In this document: positions 50,815-64,000 of the stretch, piece by piece
How the letters are laid out: each line of letters begins with the position of its first letter
How positions within the stretch are numbered: the stretch's first letter is position 1
Assembly: GCA_964035545.1 (NCBI GenBank)
Contig: OZ037768.1
Coordinates: 24,523,319-24,587,318, forward strand
Length of the DNA stretch: 64,000 nucleotides
DNA from: Bugula neritina
Lineage: Eukaryota; Animalia; Bryozoa
Direction of reading: 5' to 3'
Notes under the pieces: model-generated
Told to the model about the DNA's origin: nothing
Database searches by the model: none
What the model saw: only the letters and a program-made list of their open reading frames with translations
Translations under genes and position numbers: made by a program

Positions 50815-53800
50815 ATGCATTCTACTAAGCTACTGATGCTCAAGCTGGTACAGAGGGCTGCCACCAAGCATAGACTCTCTCATGCATTCTTCAAACAGAT
50901 AGAATCTTCTAGAAGGCCGTGTATATGTAATGGACGTCACATTTCCTCCACGTCTGCCAAGTTTGACGTGTCTCGGAAGACCAATCGGACAAAAGTAATC
51001 TTGTTAGACTAATGAGTTGTAACTTTTTAGAGCTTTAATATATTATTTATCACTGCAAGTATTTGTAGGGATTGACATAGTAGTTGTGTGATTTGTAGTA
51101 CCGTAATGTGAATATCTACAAGTCTATGAGTGTAAGGGAGCTGGCAGTAGCCTTAGAGACAGATGTTGACTACATCTACGAGTACTTGCTCTATGTGGAC
51201 GTCCCTCAGAAAGTTGAGGATGAGGATAGTCTACTGAGTTTTGAAGTTATTAGAGAAGTTTGCATTAAAGCTGGTGTTAGGGGCGTACTCATTGCCCGCC
51301 CCTCCATTGACAAGCTAGTTCAAGGTAACTCTAAGGCTTGAAGTTAGACATCCTTGCGCTTTAGCAGTTGGATTCAGTACGTTAACTCAACTCTGTATTG
51401 TATAACATACAGTCTGTATTGTATTGTATAACATACAGTGTGTGTATTGTATTGTATAACATACAGTCTGTGTATTGTATTGTATAACATACAGTGTGTG
51501 TATTGTATTGTATAACATACAGTGTGTGTATTGTATTGTATAACATACAGTCTGTGTATTGTATTGTATAACATACAGTGTGTGTATTGTATTGTATAAC
51601 ATACAGTGTGTATTGTATTGTATAACATACAGTTAGTGTATTGTATAACATACAGTCTGTGTATTGTATTGTATAACATACAGTGTGTGTATTGTATTGT
51701 ATAACATACAGTGTGTGTATTGTATTGTATAACATACAGTGTGTATTGTATTGTATAACATACAGTTAGTGTATTGTATAACATACAGTGTGTGTATTGT
51801 ATTGTATAACATACAGTCTGTGTATTGTGTTGTATCGTAGCTGAAGATGATATTCAGAGACGTGCAGAGGCTGACCCAACTTCCTGTGTGCTCAGACCAC
51901 CTGTTGTCACTATAATGGGACACGTGGACCACGGGAAGACAACTTTGCTGGACTACCTGAGGAAATCTAATGTAGTCGACGAGGAGTTTGGGGGGATAAC
52001 TCAGCATATCGGCGCCTTCTCAGTGAGACTAAAACACGGTGAGTAACTCCTTGTCAGTGAGTATAGTAGTATATATTACTAGTATGTCATATATATTACT
52101 AGTATGTCATATTATATTACTAGTATATTATATTACTAGTATATCATATTATATTACTAGTATATTATATTACTAGTATATCATATTATATTACTAGTAT
52201 ATTATATTACTAGTATATCATATTATATTACTAGTATATTATATTACTAGTATATTATATTACTAGTATATATCATTATGCAGGTAAATCCATAACCTTC
52301 CTGGACACACCGGGTCACGCTGCGTTCTCGGCTATGAGAGGTAGAGGAGCTCGTATGACTGACATCATAGTCCTAGTCGTGGCTGCTGACGACGGAGTCA
52401 TGCCACAGACTCTCGAGTCTATCACACACGCTGCCGACAGCAATGTGCCTCTCATAGGTGCGACATTGCAATGTAACACTTTACTACACAATATATTTAG
52501 ATGGTATAATGTACTGTAGCAGTGTTACTTACTCTGTTACTATACTTACAGTGTATTACCATGTTACTTACTCTGTTACTATACTTACAGTGTATTACCA
52601 TGTTACTTACTCTGTTACTTACAGTGTATTACCAAGTTACTTACTCTGTTACTTACAGTTGCAGTCAACAAGTGTGACCGGCCCGAGGCGGAAGTAGAGG
52701 CGTGTGTAGAAGAGTTGGCCCAGCACGGAGTCCTAGTAGAGGAGCTGGGAGGGGATGTCATGGCTGTGAATATCTCGGCTCTCAAAGGTACTATTCTATC
52801 TGCAGTTGCTAATACCCTATCAATACTCTATCAATACCTTATCAATACCCTATCAATACTCTACTGATATTCTATCAATACTCTACTGATATTCTATCAA
52901 TACCTTATCAATACCCTATCAATACCTTATCAATATTCTATTGCAGGAACAAACATCGACGCCCTCCAAGATGCTATAATTACTCTGTCTGAGTTGCTGG
53001 ACATCAAGGCTGATCCTGCCGGTTTAGTGGAGGCCCGAGTTATAGAGGCAAAGACAGAGCCGGGGAGGGGGCGGGTGGCCACCCTTCTCATACAGAGAGG
53101 TCTCTCCTTCATGCTACTGTCTTGAGAATTGTGTAAACTGTGTGTAGATAATCTGTACAGTCTAGACTGTGTGTGTATAGTATATACTGTGTGTGTATAG
53201 TATATACTGTGTGTGTATAGTATATACTGTGTGTGTATATAGTATATACTGTGTGTGTATAGTATATACTGTGTGTGTATAGTATACAGTATAGTATAGA
53301 CTCTAGAGTACACTTCAAGTTGAACTCTGTGTAGGAACTCTGAAAGCTGGGAACTACCTGGTCGCGGGCACAAGTTATGCTAAAGTGAAGAATATTTACG
53401 ATGAACACAAGAAGGTGCTGAAAGCAGCGAGTCCCGGCTTTGCTGTGGAAGTGGCTGGTTGGAAGGTAGAATCTTAGACTTACTCACTCTGTTCCTTACT
53501 CTATACTCTATACTCACTCTATACTCACTACTCACTCTCTACTCACAGTCAGTACTCACTCTATACTCTATACTCACAGTCAGTACTCACTCTATACTCT
53601 ATACTCACAGTCAGTACTCACTCTATACTCTATACTCACTCTGCACTCACTACTCACTCTGTTCCTCACTCTGTGCTCTATATACTCTATACCCACTACT
53701 CACTACTCACTCTATACTCTCTACTCTCTCTATACTCACTACTCACTCTGTACTCTCTACTCACTCTGTACTCACTACTCACTCTGTACTCTCTACTCAC

Positions 53801-56800
53801 TCTCTACTCACTACTCACTCACAGTCACTCACTACTCATGCACTAATCATGGTAAATGAATAGTTTGCTGTATAAATTATAATCTTTAGTTATTGCTGTG
53901 TGTTCATTGTTATAACATGCACTATATATCATACATTGTTATAACATACACTATATGTCATACATTGTTATAATATGCACCATATATCATGACAGAGAAC
54001 TTGACGCCAACATTTCTGTTTTCTAGGAGTTGCCTTCTCCTGGCCAGGAAGTATTACAAGTGGAAAATGAATCCAAGATGAGACGAGTTATAAAGTAAGT
54101 CACAATGCGTGTGTATATATAACTATATACTCTATAGTACATGCGCTATAGTACATACTCTGTAGTACATACTCTGTAGTACATACTCTATAGTATATAC
54201 TCTATAGTACATACTCTATACTCTATAGTACATACTCTATAGTACATACTCTATAGTACATACTCTATAGTACATACTCTATAGTACATACTCTCTAGTA
54301 TATACTCTGTAGTTATAGAAAGCTGCAGGAGCAAAAGCAGAAGCAAGACAGTGAGTGGGAGGAGATAAAAGAGAAGAGAAAAGAGCACGACCGACAGCAT
54401 CAGCAGCGACTGAAGCTGCGACAGGATGCTGGCCTAGTCAGGTACTCCTTTACCTGTCTACCTGTATACATCTACCTGTATACCTGTATACATCTACCTG
54501 TATACACCTACCTGTGTACATCTACCTGTATACACCTACCTGTCTACCTGTATACATCTACCTGTCTACCTGTATACATCTACCTGTCTACACCTACCTG
54601 TATACACCTACCTGTATACACCTACCTGTATACATCTACCTGTCTACATCTACCTGTCTACATATACCTGTATACCCTTCTACGTATAGCCATGTATCTC
54701 TACACATCAGTGCTAATGCAGGTACACAAAGCATATTGTAAAGAAAATAGAACTCATTGAGGCTTCTAATCAGCCAGTTGAAGATTTCACTCCTGAACTG
54801 CTACTCATAGTGAAAGGTATTAGATACACTGTTACTATTATTAGATACACTGTTGCTATTATTAGATACAGTGTTGCTATTAGTAGATACACTGTTACTA
54901 TTATTAGATGCCCTGTTACTATTATTAGACACGCTGTTACTATTATTAGATACACTGTTACTATTATTAGACACACTGTTACTATTATTAGATACACTGT
55001 TACTATTATTAGATACACTGTTGCTATTATTAGATACAGTGTTGCTATTATTAGATACACTGTTACTATTATTAGATGCCCTGTTACTATTATTAGACAC
55101 ACTGTTACTATTATTAGATACACTGTTACTATTATTAGACACACTGTTACTATTATTAGACACACTGTTACTATTATTAGATACACTGTTACTATTATTA
55201 GATACACTGATACTATTATTAGATACACTGTTACTATTATTAGATACACTGTTACTATTATTAGATACACTGATACTATTATTAGATACACTGATACTAT
55301 TATTAGATACACTGTTACTATTATTAGATACACTGTTACTATTATTAGATACACTGTTACTATTATTAGATACACTGTTACTATTATTAGATACACTGTT
55401 ACTATTATTAGACACACTGTTACTATTATTAGACACACTGTTACTATTATTAGATACAGTGTACTATTATTAGATACACTGTTACTATTATTAGATACAC
55501 TGTTACTATTATTAGATACACTGTTACTATTATTAGACATAGTATATATATTTAGCTGATGTTGACGGATCTCTCGAAGCCATAACGTCGTGTCTAGAGA
55601 CTTATGACTGTGATCTGTGTACACTTGAGACGGTCAGTAGTGGAGTGGGCGTGGTTACCGAGAACGACGTCGAACTGGCTCGTGACTTCAACGGTATGTC
55701 TATCTGTTTGTCTATCTGTCTGTCTACATGTTTTATATAATATAATACTGTATATAAAATAGCAACTACATGCTGTATATAATATAATACTGTATATAAT
55801 ATAACTGTATTATGCTGTTTATTTTTTTAGGAGTTGTCTTTGCTTTCAACACCAAAATATCTCCGCAGGTCTTAAAATTAGCTGATGATTTGAATGTGAC
55901 TATCAAACAACATAATATAATATATAAACTTATTGAAGATGTCAAGGTGTGTATAATTACTACTACTGTAATACCTGTACCATTACTGTAATACCTGTAC
56001 TATTACCACTACTGTAATACCTCTATTATTACCACTACTGTAACACCTGTACTATTACCACTACTGTAATATCTGTACTATTACCACTACTGTAACACCT
56101 ATACTATTACCACTACTGTAATACCTGTACTATTACCACTACTGTAACACCTGTACTATTACCACTACTGTAATATCTGTACTATTACCACTACTGTAAT
56201 ATCTGTACTATTACCACTACTGTAACACCTGTACTATTACCACTACTGTAAAACCTGTACTATTACCACTACTGTAACACCTGTACTATTACCACTACTG
56301 TAATATCTGTACTATTACCCCTACTGTAATACCTGTACTATTACTACTACTGTAATATCTGTACTATTACCACTACTGTAATACCTGTACTATTACCACT
56401 ACTGTAATACCTGTACTATTACCACTACTGTAATATCTGTACTATTACCACTACTGTAACACCTGTACTATTACCACTACTGTAACACCTGTACTATTAC
56501 CCTACAGGGTCTCCTGAACAAAAGAATACCCCCAGCGGTGGATCATAAAGTCGTTGGAGAAGCAGTTGTACAGAAACTGTTTCTAGTAACAGAGAAGATT
56601 GACGGGAGAAATGTGAAGGTGTTTGTAGCGGGTTGCAGGTGTATCCAGGGTACACTGAATAGACACAGTTTCTTCAAGTTGGTGCGGGATGGGGAGGTTA
56701 TACATTGCGACACACTACGTACTCTCAAACATTTCAAGGTTGAGGTAGATGATATATTAGAGGGTATGGAGTGTGGACTGGCACTTAGTAACCTCTCTGT

Positions 56801-56882
56801 TGAGGTCAAGGAAGGCGACACACTGCTTTGTTATGAGGAAGAACAATACCAACCAGAAGTTAAATGGGATTTGCCTTTCTAG
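50815..56882 (+). CDS. MTIF2: Mitochondrial translation initiation factor IF-2
   Basis: Basic N-terminal presequence; [88 protein letters not shown]. Exons approx 50815-50994, 51099-51324, 51841-52038, 52284-52457, 52659-52787, 52946-53099, 53335-53465, 54027-54094, 54313-54441, 54721-54816, 55556-55693, 55831-55946, 56508-56882. Confidence 0.96.
51393..51830. repeat. 28-bp intronic minisatellite
   Basis: Unit GTATTGTATTGTATAACATACAGTGTGT; ends at acceptor 51839-40. Confidence 0.9.
52068..52278. repeat. 16/21-bp intronic minisatellite with palindromic core ATTACTAGTAT
   Basis: Directly visible; ends at acceptor. Confidence 0.88.
52522..52658. repeat. 34-39-bp repeat containing copies of the acceptor CTTACAG
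   Basis: CTTACAG ends at 52551, 52590, 52624 and 52658 (frame-correct site). Confidence 0.88.
53480..53838. repeat. Degenerate ACTCACTCT-rich intronic repeat
   Basis: Directly visible. Confidence 0.8.
54122..54312. repeat. 14-bp intronic minisatellite ending in the acceptor
   Basis: Unit TACATACTCT(A/G)TAG. Confidence 0.88.
54450..54676. repeat. 8/14-bp TACCTGTATACATC-type intronic repeat
   Basis: Directly visible. Confidence 0.85.
54817..55539. repeat. 21-bp intronic minisatellite starting at the donor
   Basis: Unit TTATTAGATACACTGTTACTA; the first copy begins GTATTAGATAC. Confidence 0.95.
55960..56505. repeat. 26-bp intronic minisatellite ending at acceptor
   Basis: Unit CTGTACTATTACCACTACTGTAA(T/C)AC; last copy ends CCCTACAG. 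Confidence 0.93.
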
Positions 56883-57504
56883 TGGCTCTCTATGCCCCCC
56901 CCCCCTCTCTATATATATACATGTATATATAATTATATATATATATATATATATACATGTATATATTAGCTACTCTTATGTGTAAATAAGCTCTGTTTTG
57001 ATTGGCTGAGGTGCTTTAGCTAAGAGAGGATGAAACCTGTGAAATATTATTAACCTGTAAATTGCCTCCCAGCTGTCATACCAAGTCTAGTCAGAGCTTC
57101 TTTGACTGTTGGTGATATACCAACCCATAGAAGTATCCCAACTAATCACTTTAGAGAAAACTGACACTGGAAGCTGCATTAAACATTATCATGAATTATA
57201 CATGTATATATAGCTGTGCAGCTATTGTTGGTATATCATAGCATGCAGAGGGTATGACTGACAGCCAGATACCGGCTTAGTTTCATAGTGTATACTGGAT
57301 ATTTATTTTTTTATATAAAACATATATTTGGAACAATTTTATTCGATGGTTTATTAATATGAAACATGGCAACTAGTTAGGGGGGAGACAACAAACAATA
57401 ATACAAGCGTAATTCTCTATATATACAATCCTATGTGTCTGTACATGTGTGTAGGAGTAGCAAGTAGATACAGGTAGACTAGAAATAGATCACAAGTACA
57501 TCTA

Positions 57505-64000
<6,496 letters not shown>

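Noticed and set aside
50787-50828. Upstream ATG as MTIF2 start
   Set aside because: Hits TAA after 13 codons and lies before the acceptor at 50811-50812.
54770-55624. Four long low-complexity ORFs
   Set aside because: 21-bp intronic array of MTIF2.

Overview
Eukaryotic (invertebrate animal-like) AT-rich genomic DNA with spliceosomal introns; species not determinable from sequence. Left to right: a hairpin MITE cut by the window edge; malectin (+); an unrecognised 21-exon Ser/Pro-rich plus coiled-coil gene (-) whose intron holds a 30-bp satellite interrupted by a CR1-group LINE; a 6-kb mosaic of LTR retrotransposons (Copia LTR/gag joined in frame to Gypsy RT-RH-INT, a third LTR, and a zinc-finger extra ORF); a double-zinc-ribbon + BIR + coiled-coil gene (+); GMPPA (-) with a 2.9-kb foldback element in an intron; MTIF2 (+); and a ZNF532/592/687-family gene (-) running off the right edge. 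Two observations stand out. (1) Roughly 40 different intron-private minisatellites occur, many anchored on, and several built from copies of, the intron's own donor, branch point or acceptor. (2) The two unrecognised genes look like diverged head-to-head paralogues built almost entirely from phase-1 exons, flanking a perfect kB palindrome. Exon coordinates were read by eye and may be off by a few bases; most long ORFs in the supplied track are repeat artefacts.
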